From an uncultured candidate division Zixibacteria bacterium (GTDB lineage Bacteria > Zixibacteria > MSB-5A5 > GN15 > PGXB01), in contig OY969724.1 of NCBI GenBank assembly GCA_963702205.1, positions 2,880,001 through 2,944,000 on the forward strand: 64,000 nucleotides of DNA, written 5' to 3'. The translations under genes were made by a program, and so were the position numbers. The notes beneath the pieces are model-generated. The model saw only the letters and a program-made list of their open reading frames with translations. It was not told the DNA's origin and ran no database searches. Positions 32,146 to 42,190 of the stretch are shown here, piece after piece (position 1 is the stretch's first letter; each line of letters starts with the position of its first letter).

Positions 32146-33171
32146 CTATGGAGTCTTTTTGACAAAAAGCATTATGCCGTTGTCGTCGCTTTCGTGCAGC
32201 TCGATGGCCGCGCCAATATTGCCATCACTGCTGATCATCCCGGTCATGGCATCGCCAATTGTGATTTTACCGTCGGCCGCAACCGTGTATTGCCGCTTCC
32301 CGCCCTCCGGTGACTCTTCCGAACTGGCGAGAATGCTGTATGTAACCGAATCGGCGCCGTCGAACGAGGCCTCACCCATAGTGACCATATTGCCGTAAAA
32401 ATAGTTGGTGACGTAATAAGTACCGTTAAGGTTCGCGACCGACATGCCAGTCGATTTCCTGATCATGACTATTATTTCGTTGTTTTCGCCGGAATGATTA
32501 CCTATGGCCGTGATTACGTCGGCCGTGGAATTGACGACGCCGGTTATATCGGAACCGATCGTTATCTTGCCATCGGACGCCAACGCGTATAGCTGCGCCC
32601 CGTATCCAAGAGAACCAGAGCTGACAAGAACATGGTAATTGAAGTTATTCAGTGGATCGAAGCTCGCATCTCCGAACCTGACCGTATTGCCGCTTTCGTA
32701 CGCAACAAAATAATAGTCGTCGTCGAGGCTGGTCGTCGGCATTCCGCTCGACGTTTTTATCATAACCATAAATTCATTATCATTACCGGAGGCATAAATA
32801 CCGAGCAGCGACCCGATCGAACCGTCGGAGCTAACCATGCCGGCCACGTCATCATTGACGAATGCACGGCCGTCTTCTCTCACTTTGTATGTCCCGCTGC
32901 CGTTGTCCGGAGAACCCTCCGAATCTATCTGCACGTCAAAATCGACACCGCCGTTACCGTCGAAATCAAGCGCGGTAAAGCGCACAACGTTGCCATGTTC
33001 ATAATCGGTTAAATAATAGTTACCGGTCGTACGGCCATTGTCATAAACAATCTCGCTCGACGTGCCGCTGTCTTTACTGCTGCAACCAATAAACAGCAGC
33101 GGTGCACCGATAAGAGCAATTACTAGTACGCAATACAATGCTTCTTTGCCGATTGATTTCAAATGAAACAT
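32146..33171 (-). CDS. lipoprotein with three tandem ~98-aa beta repeats
   Basis: Lipobox FIGC; GGAGG RBS; repeated YY..Y..GN.V...FD...Y....DG......G..SS.G motif. Confidence 0.8.
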   Translation of the reverse strand: MFHLKSIGKEALYCVLVIALIGAPLLFIGCSSKDSGTSSEIVYDNGRTTGNYYLTDYEHGNVVRFTALDFDGNGGVDFDVQIDSEGSPDNGSGTYKVREDGRAFVNDDVAGMVSSDGSIGSLLGIYASGNDNEFMVMIKTSSGMPTTSLDDDYYFVAYESGNTVRFGDASFDPLNNFNYHVLVSSGSLGYGAQLYALASDGKITIGSDITGVVNSTADVITAIGNHSGENNEIIVMIRKSTGMSVANLNGTYYVTNYFYGNMVTMGEASFDGADSVTYSILASSEESPEGGKRQYTVAADGKITIGDAMTGMISSDGNIGAAIELHESDDNGIMLFVKKTP

Positions 33172-33324
33172 GACTCCTCCGATGAATAAAACGTTTGTAC
33201 TTTGCTATAAATAACATTCCAATGATTTAATAATCCAAGAATACATTTTGATGGGTAATTTGTCAACAAAGACAATATGCAAAAAACAAAAGGCGGAGCC
33301 GATATGGACCCCGCCTTTTGAAGA

Positions 33325-33755
33325 TTAGACTGCGAACATTCTCTGGATGAGCCCGCGCTTGCCCGGAGTGATTTTTTTCACCTTCGGGTTGAGCCGGGAA
33401 ATCTGGTCGATCATCCAGCTCCGAATCAGCGCCTGCAAAGCTTCGGCGTACTGCGGCGATGAAAAGCGCAGGATGTACCGGAATCGTACCAGCCGGTTTC
33501 ATAATTCTGGCGGCACCAGCGGCATTCGGCGTCGAAAAACAGCTCTTTCTTGCCGTTGATTTTCTTGTCCAGCGGCATCTTGAAATAATATTTCTTGCCG
33601 ACCGTCATCGGTTCCTCGGTCATGAGCTTCATGCCGCGCTCCGACATGTCCATAATCTGACCCATCGGCAGCTTATTGTTCAAATCGTAGACAATAAGCG
33701 CCTGAGATGCTTTTCGTCTCACTTTTGTAACTTGTTTTTTGTCAATGACTTGCAT
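33325..33755 (-). pseudogene. PilZ-domain protein with a 1-nt frameshift near 33479 (possibly a sequencing error)
   Basis: RRKASQ, DMSERGM, CRWC; restoring one base gives YDSGYILRFSSPQYAEALQALIRSW... to the stop at 33325. Confidence 0.7.
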
Positions 33756-33906
33756 ATTTTCCTCACTATTTGCCAGTAGTACATTATTAATCGGATTCAG
33801 AATCACGAAACTATAAGATTATTTCATTCGAAAAAGAAAAAAAGGATTGCGTGGCGGGCACTGTTTTTATAGCCTGATTAAAACGGATCAAAGGTATGGT
33901 TAAATC

Positions 33907-34320
33907 ATGAGTTGGAAATGCCCCAAATGCAATAAGACGTTTCGCAATACCAATCAGGCCCATTCATGCTGTGTAGTCTCTATCGATGAGCATCTCAAGA
34001 ACAAATCGGCCGACGTGCAGGCCATGGTTGAACGATTACTGAACGCCGTTACAAAATTCGGCAAAGTCACGCTCAACCCGGTTAAATCCTCGATACAGGT
34101 CAAGGCTGGGGCGACGTTTTTATCGATCAAACCAAAAAAAGAAACGGTTGAAATCGAATTCCAGCTTGACGAAGAAATAAATCAACTCCCGGTCTACAAA
34201 TATTTCCGCGTGTCCAATAACCGCGTTCTGAGTTTCGCCAAACTCGAAAAGAAAAGCGATATCGATAAATCGCTATTGGGTTTATTGAAGAAATCATACC
34301 TTCTGGTTAAAAATATTTAA
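33907..34320 (+). CDS. DUF5655-like protein with N-terminal Zn-ribbon
   Basis: WKCPKCNKTFRNTNQAHSC; C-terminal DID..L..LLK.SY. Confidence 0.75.
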   Translation: MSWKCPKCNKTFRNTNQAHSCCVVSIDEHLKNKSADVQAMVERLLNAVTKFGKVTLNPVKSSIQVKAGATFLSIKPKKETVEIEFQLDEEINQLPVYKYFRVSNNRVLSFAKLEKKSDIDKSLLGLLKKSYLLVKNI

Positions 34321-34619
34321 CAGGGGAGTTCTATGCGCACGAAGGTTATTCCATTCAGTTTGTTAATTATCCTCTCGAATGCAATGTCGACGACGGGCTA
34401 AGACTAAGTACCAGCGGGTCCTGATCACCGACACATCTGGGATTACGATCTGCCGGTTTATTGAGCATTTGGAATTAATCAGGTATTCTATTTTGCAAAT
34501 TACTTCATGAAGCCATTGCCGGGAACTTGACGTCAAGCGCCCGACGGTCCCTAAAATATCTACAAATTTATCCGATATTAATAATGAGAGATTTTAAGTT
34601 AAATTACCAAGGGGCTTTT

Positions 34620-35132
34620 ATGAAATTACTGGGATTCGTCTCGGCGCTTTTGCTCGTGTTCGCCTGCTCCTTTGCCCAGGACAACTCCGACGGAAGCCAC
34701 CAGGACGCCTCAATAGCCATGGCCGGCGAAACGCACGCTGCAAACCCGGCCGCACCGCGCGATTTGTCTTCATCGGAAAAAACAATGCTGAATCAAAATA
34801 ACGTCAGCAACGACGTCCGCCCGTCCGACATTCGCGCACAAAAAAATACCGTCAAACTCGAACCGGTCCTTAACAAACTGGACGTAATCAACGCTTTCAA
34901 ATTCGACTGGAAGAAAGACGGGAAATTAAAAGATGAAAACAAAGACCGTCATATCGGATTGATCGCGCAGGAGGTCGAGCAGGTATTTCCGGAACTGGTT
35001 TCAAAAACCAACGACGGCTATAAAGCGGTCGACTACGCCAAACTTACGGCTGTTTTGCTCGAAGCCATCAAAGAGCTCAAAGCCGAAAATACGATTTTAA
35101 AACACCGGCTTGACAATATAGAATATCGTTAG
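34620..35132 (+). CDS. secreted protein with a peptidase S74 (tail-fiber intramolecular chaperone) domain
   Basis: Signal peptide from ATG 34620; PSDIR, FDWK, HIGLIAQEVEQVFPELV, VDYAKL..LLEAIKEL coiled coil. Confidence 0.85.
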   Translation: MKLLGFVSALLLVFACSFAQDNSDGSHQDASIAMAGETHAANPAAPRDLSSSEKTMLNQNNVSNDVRPSDIRAQKNTVKLEPVLNKLDVINAFKFDWKKDGKLKDENKDRHIGLIAQEVEQVFPELVSKTNDGYKAVDYAKLTAVLLEAIKELKAENTILKHRLDNIEYR

Positions 35133-35155
35133 ACACCTGTGCCGGTGTAAATCAA

Positions 35156-35185
35156 GGCGGCTCTTCAGAGCCGCTTTTTTATTTT
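35156..35185 (+). terminator. intrinsic terminator
   Basis: GCGGCTCT-TC-AGAGCCGC-TTTTTT. Confidence 0.85.
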
Positions 35186-35279
35186 ACTTTTCAAATAATA
35201 ACAGCCATCAATTTTGGCTTTTGAATGCCCCAAAATGAATACCCTTGTGAAATTTGTCACATTTTTCTCTAAAATAATG

Positions 35280-35308
35280 TTGACTTTTGTCCAATATTCT
35301 CATAAATT
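35280..35308 (+). promoter_or_regulatory. predicted sigma70 promoter of hppA
   Basis: TTGACT-17 nt-TAAATT. Confidence 0.6.
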
Positions 35309-35435
35309 CCGCGCTTAAATTTAACAACCTGACAACCTGGTAATGGGTTAGGGAAAGACTATGCTTCCGGGTACGGATATTTTCAATCATAAATTAGCTA
35401 AATATATTAACCGCTTAAATTTCAGGGAGTCGTAA

Positions 35436-37442
35436 ATGGATCACTGGAGCTATCTGTATTCCGCGCAGGTGCTTGGTGTTGTGGGGATTTTGTTTGCGCT
35501 GGTCCTCTACTTCACCATAAAAAGCAAACCGGCCGGAAACGACCTCATGAAAGATATCGCCGAACAAATCGCTAAAGGTGCGATGGTCTTTCTGAAACGC
35601 GAGTATACTATTCTCGCCGTTTTCATCATTATCGTGTTTATTCTGCTCGCAACCAACATTTCGCCCGCTACCGCTATTGCATTCATCTGCGGTGCAATTA
35701 GCTCAATGCTGGCCGGATATTTCGGCATGAAAGCCGCCACAAAGGCCAATGTTCGGACATCGGCTGCGGCCAAGGATTCTGGTCAGGGCGCGGCCCTTTC
35801 GGTCGCTTTCACTGGCGGTGCCGTAATGGGCATGTCGGTGGCGTCCCTGGGTCTTTTCGGTGTGGCTGTCTTCACTTACCTCGTCTTCAGGCTGGATTTC
35901 TTCTCGTGGCCTGACCTCGCCGGTTACGGTATGGGCGCGTCCTCGATCGCCCTCTTCGCTCGTGTCGGCGGCGGTATTTATACTAAATCGGCCGACGTCG
36001 GCGCCGACCTGGTCGGTAAAGTCGAAGCCGGTATTCCCGAAGACGATCCGCGCAACCCCGCCGTTATTGCCGACAACGTCGGTGACAACGTCGGTGACAC
36101 GGCCGGTATGGGTGCCGACCTGTTTGAATCCTATGTCGGTTCCATCATCGCGACCATTGCCATCGCGGCCGTATCGCTCGGGCACAATATGCCGACCGAC
36201 AGCATCATGCTCGGCAAAATCCTGCTGCCGATTGCGATCGCGACCGCCGGTATTATCGCCTCCATTCTGGGCGTATTGTCGGTCAAGGCTTTCGCCGGAA
36301 TGAAAAACCCGGCGGCGGTTTTGAGAATCGTCACTTATGTCGCATCAGTAGTTTTGTTTGTTGCGGCCTGGTTTTTAATCAACCAGCTCGGATTGGATCA
36401 GCAACTGTTCTGGGCAATCCTGGCCGGTAATATTGCCGGTATAATAATCGGTTTATTGACCGAATATTATACTGCCGGAGCGCCGATACGCCGCATCGCC
36501 AAAGCCTCCGAAACCGGCGCGGCCACCAATATTATTCAGGGATTGGCCGTCGGTTTGGAATCGGTCGCACTTCCGGTATTCATCATAGCTATGGCCATAC
36601 TGCTCGGTTATAAGCTGGGCGGTCTTTACGGGATCGGTCTGGCTGCGGTCGGTATGCTCTCGACTATCGGAGTGACGATGTCGGTCGACGCCTACGGTCC
36701 TATCGCCGACAACGCCGGCGGCATCACGGAAATGGCCGGTTTGGGTGAAAACATCCGCAAGATCACCGACCGTCTCGATTCCCTCGGAAATACTACCGCC
36801 GCTATCGGTAAAGGTTTTGCCATCGGTTCCGCGGCGCTTACAGCTCTCGCGCTGTTTTCGGCTTATTCCACCGCTGCTCAGGTTGAAACCATCAGCTTGC
36901 TCGATCCGCACGTCGTGGTTGGTTTCTTCATCGGCGGCATCCTGCCGTTCCTGATTGCGGCCCTGACCATGACCGCCGTCGGTAAGGCGGCCTTCAAGAT
37001 GGTCGAAGAAGTTCGCCGCCAGTTCAAGGAAATCAAGGGTCTCATGGAAGGCAAAGCCAAGCCGGATACGGCTCGCTGCGTCGATATTGCGACCAAAGGT
37101 GCCCTGATGGAAATGGTCGTTCCCGGCCTTTTGGCCATCGCCGCCCCGATTCTCGTCGGAATGATTTTCGGCAAAGAAGCTTTGGGCGGATTCCTCGGCG
37201 GCGCCACGCTGTCGGGCGTTCTGATGGCTCTTATGATGGCCAACGCCGGTGGTGCCTGGGATAATGCCAAGAAATACATCGAAGCCGGTAATCTCGGCGG
37301 CAAAGGCTCGGAGACGCACAAAGCGGCCGTGGTCGGCGACACCGTCGGCGATCCGTTCAAGGACACCTCCGGTCCGTCGATGAACATCCTCATCAAACTG
37401 ATGGCGATGGTATCGTTGGTGCTCGCCCCGTTGTTCTTGTAA
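35436..37442 (+). CDS. hppA: membrane-bound ion-translocating pyrophosphatase, K+-dependent type
   Basis: [40 protein letters not shown] (Ala marks K+ dependence); Na+ vs H+ coupling not resolved. Confidence 0.97.
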   Translation: MDHWSYLYSAQVLGVVGILFALVLYFTIKSKPAGNDLMKDIAEQIAKGAMVFLKREYTILAVFIIIVFILLATNISPATAIAFICGAISSMLAGYFGMKAATKANVRTSAAAKDSGQGAALSVAFTGGAVMGMSVASLGLFGVAVFTYLVFRLDFFSWPDLAGYGMGASSIALFARVGGGIYTKSADVGADLVGKVEAGIPEDDPRNPAVIADNVGDNVGDTAGMGADLFESYVGSIIATIAIAAVSLGHNMPTDSIMLGKILLPIAIATAGIIASILGVLSVKAFAGMKNPAAVLRIVTYVASVVLFVAAWFLINQLGLDQQLFWAILAGNIAGIIIGLLTEYYTAGAPIRRIAKASETGAATNIIQGLAVGLESVALPVFIIAMAILLGYKLGGLYGIGLAAVGMLSTIGVTMSVDAYGPIADNAGGITEMAGLGENIRKITDRLDSLGNTTAAIGKGFAIGSAALTALALFSAYSTAAQVETISLLDPHVVVGFFIGGILPFLIAALTMTAVGKAAFKMVEEVRRQFKEIKGLMEGKAKPDTARCVDIATKGALMEMVVPGLLAIAAPILVGMIFGKEALGGFLGGATLSGVLMALMMANAGGAWDNAKKYIEAGNLGGKGSETHKAAVVGDTVGDPFKDTSGPSMNILIKLMAMVSLVLAPLFL

Positions 37443-37464
37443 GATTATAATTATCGGACTATAG

Positions 37465-37496
37465 AAAAACCCCGGCTTTGGCCGGGGTTTTTTATT
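37465..37496. terminator. bidirectional intrinsic terminator
   Basis: AAAAACCCCGGC-TTTG-GCCGGGGTTTTTT. Confidence 0.88.
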
Positions 37497-37517
37497 CCGC
37501 AATTTGCTTCATGTGGT

Positions 37518-37563
37518 TGTCGGGTTTCTCTCCTGACTTCGTCGGGATCGGAACCCGACCTAC
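37518..37563 (-). repeat. GTAG REP-like element with nested hairpin
   Basis: Minus strand GTAG-GTCGGGTT-CC-GATCCCGACGAAGTCAGGA-GAGA-AACCCGAC-A. Confidence 0.8.
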
Positions 37564-37605
37564 GTCGTGCACCAAACCTACGTCGTGCTTAGTGAAAGGA
37601 GAATT

Positions 37606-39573
37606 CTAATCCAGAAACTCCCACGTGATTCCGTAATAATTGTTGCGCCCTACCAAAGGATAATCCTCACGGGCCTCGTACTCACGATTCAGCATATTCT
37701 GAAAAAGATAGTAAAAACGGAATTTCTTTATACGAAACGAAAGTTTGACGTTGAAAACGGGTGCCTTGCCAAACTTCTGACCGTTTATCCCGGTATACGG
37801 GCCGGTATATAATAGTTCACCGTACGCATACAAATGTAAATCCAGCGGGAAGACATAATAGTACACTTCCAGATTCGTGAACGTCTGGTATTCCGGAGTG
37901 TACGGCGGGTTGGCATTATCGCTGTACTTCACGTAATGATAGCTCCCCCCGCCCGACCAGTAGAAATTCTCTCCCAATGTGATTCTTTGCTTCAGCGTCG
38001 TACTGACAAAATCAATATTGTGATTGGCCGGCCGATAACCGCCGCTCGCGTAACCGACCGTATCAAATTTTATCCAGTCGATGGCGTCCTTAATCTTACC
38101 GCCCGTCACCGCCAGCGATAAGTCCGAACCTGCCTGTCCGACAGCTATATTGACGTTGCCGATCATCTGCTTTTCCGCCACGATATCCGGATTGCCGGAT
38201 TCGAAATAATCACTGCCGGTATTGCTGTAAATGGGATCGGTGCGTACGCTCAAATTCAAATCATACAGCCTCGGGAATTTGGTAGTGTAACCGGCCGATG
38301 CCGAGAATGAAGACGTCCGTGAATTTATCACGAGCGTTATTTCGCCGGTCGGCGACGGCCCGAAATTCTTAGTCACCTCGCCTCGGCCGTAAAATGTCAG
38401 ACTTTTGGAACTGTCGCCGGTCAGCAGCAAAAGATCGCCATATCCGTTCATGCGTTCCGCATAATTTCCATTATCCCGCTCGTAAAATCTCTCCTGCCCG
38501 ATCTCGCCCCGGGCCCGGGCGCTAAAGCGACCGACCTTTTGATAGTGCTCGGATGTCACGCCGTTATTAAAGGCGTCAATATTTCGTTCATACAATTCGG
38601 AGATCAAGGATAGTCTCGATTCGGACCGCTGATGCCTGAAACTGACTGAGCTCTGTGCGTTTTCATCATGATTATAGTACAAACCGGCGTTTATATCACG
38701 GTCAAGACGCTCGCGATTGAGGAAGAAATTGCTGGAATCCGGCCTCGGGCTGAACGCTCCCTGCCTATGGTATAAACGGACACTGGCTTTCAATTCCAGT
38801 CTCGTGAATAGCGGCTGATCAAGCTCATAATATTGATGATAGGCATCATCGTTCCTGTGGGTGAAAAGCCCGTTGGCCTTACGATATCCAAACGCCACCC
38901 GCATCACCCGGCCGTTTTCATCGCGGTTCGCCAGCACCGCTTTGGTATAAGCATAGCCATAAATGCCTTTATCCACCACCAGCCTCGATTCGATCCGGTT
39001 GGAGTCGGGCTCGTACGGAAACATAACCAGCGATGACGTCGCGTTGCTCCCCCCCAGCGCCAGCCCGAGCGGCCCCTCGACGTTGTACAACTTTTGCACC
39101 TGGGCCGTCGGAATATCATTGAAATCGAGACGGCCGTCGGGTTCAAGGACGTGCCCCAGCGGATTCAACTGATAGAAATCGAAAATGGCATTCATGCGGT
39201 TGCCGGGCAGAGCGAACGGTGCAACCGTCGTCCGGACCGGGCTGTTCTGGTAAAATATAACCTGATTGGAGGGATTGAATTTGAGTATGTCTCCGGCATC
39301 GTGAAAATAAGATCGTGCCAATTCACTGCCCAAGTCCCATCTTGGATTGAGCAGTAATGCCGAAAGACTACTGTCGAAATCGAAGGCCCGTATGTGCGGG
39401 ACGATCTCGATCGCCGTCGTATCTTCCGGATTCTCCTGCTTGTACGACGCCGAATCGGGAACCGGCCGGAGCGTATCCGATTCTATTTCCTGCGCCGGAC
39501 ACGGCAGACCACCCATGATTACCGTCAGTAGTACTGCCATGAATGTCAGCCGAATTTTCATATCAACCCGCAT
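37606..39573 (-). CDS. outer-membrane beta-barrel (TonB-dependent-receptor-like / porin_10-like)
   Basis: Signal peptide, plug-like N-region, amphipathic strands, C-terminal QNMLN...GRNNYYGITWEFLD. Confidence 0.7.
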   Translation of the reverse strand: MRVDMKIRLTFMAVLLTVIMGGLPCPAQEIESDTLRPVPDSASYKQENPEDTTAIEIVPHIRAFDFDSSLSALLLNPRWDLGSELARSYFHDAGDILKFNPSNQVIFYQNSPVRTTVAPFALPGNRMNAIFDFYQLNPLGHVLEPDGRLDFNDIPTAQVQKLYNVEGPLGLALGGSNATSSLVMFPYEPDSNRIESRLVVDKGIYGYAYTKAVLANRDENGRVMRVAFGYRKANGLFTHRNDDAYHQYYELDQPLFTRLELKASVRLYHRQGAFSPRPDSSNFFLNRERLDRDINAGLYYNHDENAQSSVSFRHQRSESRLSLISELYERNIDAFNNGVTSEHYQKVGRFSARARGEIGQERFYERDNGNYAERMNGYGDLLLLTGDSSKSLTFYGRGEVTKNFGPSPTGEITLVINSRTSSFSASAGYTTKFPRLYDLNLSVRTDPIYSNTGSDYFESGNPDIVAEKQMIGNVNIAVGQAGSDLSLAVTGGKIKDAIDWIKFDTVGYASGGYRPANHNIDFVSTTLKQRITLGENFYWSGGGSYHYVKYSDNANPPYTPEYQTFTNLEVYYYVFPLDLHLYAYGELLYTGPYTGINGQKFGKAPVFNVKLSFRIKKFRFYYLFQNMLNREYEAREDYPLVGRNNYYGITWEFLD

Positions 39574-40087
39574 TTTCCTTCTTATACATAAATACCAGGG
39601 CCGGGAAAAATAACGGGAATATAATAGCGTTTGAAATGATGGTTATCAATGAAAATACCAGCCCGGCCATAAGGCGCGGCCAGAACGGCTGATACAACCA
39701 GGCGTCGACGACGTCAACGACAATATGATAACCGAGGCCCGACAGGAGACCGCAAAGGACCATTACGGCCGCCGTATGCCTGCTCCAGTGAATTTCTTTA
39801 AACAACCCCTTCGCCAGCGCTCCGAGCATTCCGGAAAAACTGATACCGACAATCTGCGAAACCAGAAGCGGCAGCGGCGACGGACCGTAGGGATTAGCGA
39901 TTATCCAGATGAAATATCCGACCGCGCCGACTGTTATGCCGGGCCACCATCCCCAGAGAAATCCGGCCGCAAAGACCACGAAAAAGCCGGGGTTTATACT
40001 CGGAATAAACGACGACAGGAAACAAAAGGCAACAACCAGTGCGGCGAACACCGCGATTCTGGTCAGCCGTTTCGTCCTCGAAATCAT
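39563..40087 (-). CDS. ECF transporter S-component-like membrane protein
   Basis: IAVFAAL helix 1, IP..P....F..G...G...G..VG pattern, ~6 TM. Confidence 0.75.
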   Translation of the reverse strand: MISRTKRLTRIAVFAALVVAFCFLSSFIPSINPGFFVVFAAGFLWGWWPGITVGAVGYFIWIIANPYGPSPLPLLVSQIVGISFSGMLGALAKGLFKEIHWSRHTAAVMVLCGLLSGLGYHIVVDVVDAWLYQPFWPRLMAGLVFSLITIISNAIIFPLFFPALVFMYKKENAG

Positions 40088-42174
40088 TTTATTACGGCGA
40101 CCTTCAGTCTTTCGACAATCGGGTCGGAGCCGTCGGTGAAATTAAGCTTAACCAGTGCCAGGTAAACTCCGGGAGAAACCTTACGGTGGCTTTGATTGTC
40201 GATATACCAGTCGACCGCTATGCCCTCGTAATAATCCGTTTGAGATTCCAGATGCCTGATCTTTTCCCCGGCAACCGTAAACAGGTCGATATCGAGATAT
40301 CCGGACTTCGCTTTCAGCGTATCCGGTGATGTTTCGGCCCGCGCCTGAAATGTAATCCGGTCGTTGTCGTGGGTGGCCACGATCAGGTTGGCATACGGTG
40401 CAAATACTTCGCTCGGATATTCCAGCGAGGTATTTAGTATGCGATACGTATAATGATAGCCGCCTTGTTGACCGGAAATATCGCTCGGGTAAGCGTCGTT
40501 TTCAATCGACGCCGGTGACGGAATAAAAACGACGCTTTGCAGATCGCGGTAATCGGCAATATGATAGGCTACCCCGGTGTCCGCCGGATGAAGATACATT
40601 TCGACACCGGCCGTGGCACGCGGGTCGCGAGGTATCGTAATAAACGACATGGTATACTGCACGCCTCTGTATGGGGGAGGCTGACGATTAGCGGGCAATA
40701 AATCATTATCGTCATATATATTTATAGTCAGGTTTTTGAACAAAGCGCCTATCGAATTAAATAAAACATAATTTGATCCCAGATTCTGGGGATATTCCGG
40801 GATATCAAATTGAGTTACCTGAAGGGTATCGTAAGCGACGTGCTCGACAATGGGATGCACCGTAATAATCACTCCACCCGGACCAAGGGTTTTGTATTCT
40901 CTCGGTATCATCGGGTAATTCATACCTTCCGAAAAGCGCATCGAATCCGGCGCCCGGGAATACCGATCTCCCGTAAACCAGTTCCATACCGTAAACTCCG
41001 CAAAGGCCCGGCGGAGATCATACGCGCTTTTGGGCACATAACAGCTGTCATCACATTCACCATTTGTGTAACAGCTATCATCACACCTATAGCAATGAGC
41101 ATCGCATTGTCCGCTTGTATAACAAGAATCATCGCATACTGAAGCCTCTTTAATGGCTTGGTCCGCGGCCTGAAGGAAGTTGGCACCGATCTGGAGTGCG
41201 CACAGCGACCAAATTGTCCTGACAATATCCTGGCCCCATTTTTCCGACATATATATCGGGAATATCGCGGCTCCGTAGGGCTGCAAACCCATGAACGCCT
41301 GGATTGACAGCCAGGGATTGCCGTAATAATACGGTAAATAAGAATAATAATCATTGATGTCGTCGTACAGTTGTTCTTCCATCCACACCGACGACATTTC
41401 CCACCAGTATACACGGGAGGTAAGTCCGTCCGGCGGAAGGGTCGGTTGATCACCGCCCTCATACTCGGTATAGTCCATGCCCAGTTGCACGGCATGAAAG
41501 AACTCATGGGCCGTCGTCACGCGAACGGCGTCGAACGGCCTGTCTGCATATACGCCCCCGTAATAATCATTATCGAGGTCCATGTATGACGTCATCGTTC
41601 TGTCGGTGATAATGAATTCCGGCGTCGTTTGGCCATAAATATTCAAAGGCAGGTTCCACAAATAAATGTCATAACGACCGTCCGGATTGCTCGCTCCGCC
41701 AAAGTCATCTTCCGGAGGATCAGGATAGCCCATTACGTCGACTTCATTATGGTATACCGAATCGGCAATGATGGCGACCATATTGACATAATCGGGAACG
41801 CCGTCGCCTCCGTCCAGCACGTCAACCCCGGCGTCGCGCACAGCATGAGAACCTGTGGTTATGTAATGTATCAGGAATCGACCCGAGGGTGAACCGTACA
41901 ATTCCGGAAGAAACGTAACGCGCGACATGAACGCCTGCGCTTTCGCCTGCTGGGCCCGTCCCATTTGATCCATTCGGAGACGAGCGTCGACCAGGTACGG
42001 CGTGCCGCACCAAAAATGAACGCTGTCTATCGACGCCGGCCTCGGGCCGTTGCCTTTGAGATATTCCAACCTCGCAATCAATTCATCCTGTGCCTCTATC
42101 GACATTGTTTCGGCGAAAATGTTTACAGACCAGCCCAAAAATAGCAGTAAGACGGTTCCGATTAATCTAATCAC
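40084..42174 (-). CDS. secreted zinc metalloprotease (MXAN_6640-like) with Cys-rich insert and FlgD-Ig-like C-terminus
   Basis: CGT propeptide, FLIHY, DGVPDYV, TTAHEFFHAVQ, WWEMSSVWME; FTVAGEKIR...W...PGVYL tail. Confidence 0.8.
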   Translation of the reverse strand: MIRLIGTVLLLFLGWSVNIFAETMSIEAQDELIARLEYLKGNGPRPASIDSVHFWCGTPYLVDARLRMDQMGRAQQAKAQAFMSRVTFLPELYGSPSGRFLIHYITTGSHAVRDAGVDVLDGGDGVPDYVNMVAIIADSVYHNEVDVMGYPDPPEDDFGGASNPDGRYDIYLWNLPLNIYGQTTPEFIITDRTMTSYMDLDNDYYGGVYADRPFDAVRVTTAHEFFHAVQLGMDYTEYEGGDQPTLPPDGLTSRVYWWEMSSVWMEEQLYDDINDYYSYLPYYYGNPWLSIQAFMGLQPYGAAIFPIYMSEKWGQDIVRTIWSLCALQIGANFLQAADQAIKEASVCDDSCYTSGQCDAHCYRCDDSCYTNGECDDSCYVPKSAYDLRRAFAEFTVWNWFTGDRYSRAPDSMRFSEGMNYPMIPREYKTLGPGGVIITVHPIVEHVAYDTLQVTQFDIPEYPQNLGSNYVLFNSIGALFKNLTINIYDDNDLLPANRQPPPYRGVQYTMSFITIPRDPRATAGVEMYLHPADTGVAYHIADYRDLQSVVFIPSPASIENDAYPSDISGQQGGYHYTYRILNTSLEYPSEVFAPYANLIVATHDNDRITFQARAETSPDTLKAKSGYLDIDLFTVAGEKIRHLESQTDYYEGIAVDWYIDNQSHRKVSPGVYLALVKLNFTDGSDPIVERLKVAVIK

Positions 42175-42190
42175 ATCGTACCTCGAATGC

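Noticed and set aside
34527..35132. Prophage indicated by the S74 tail-fiber chaperone
   Set aside because: No integrase, capsid, terminase or tail genes nearby; the gene has a signal peptide and its own terminator.
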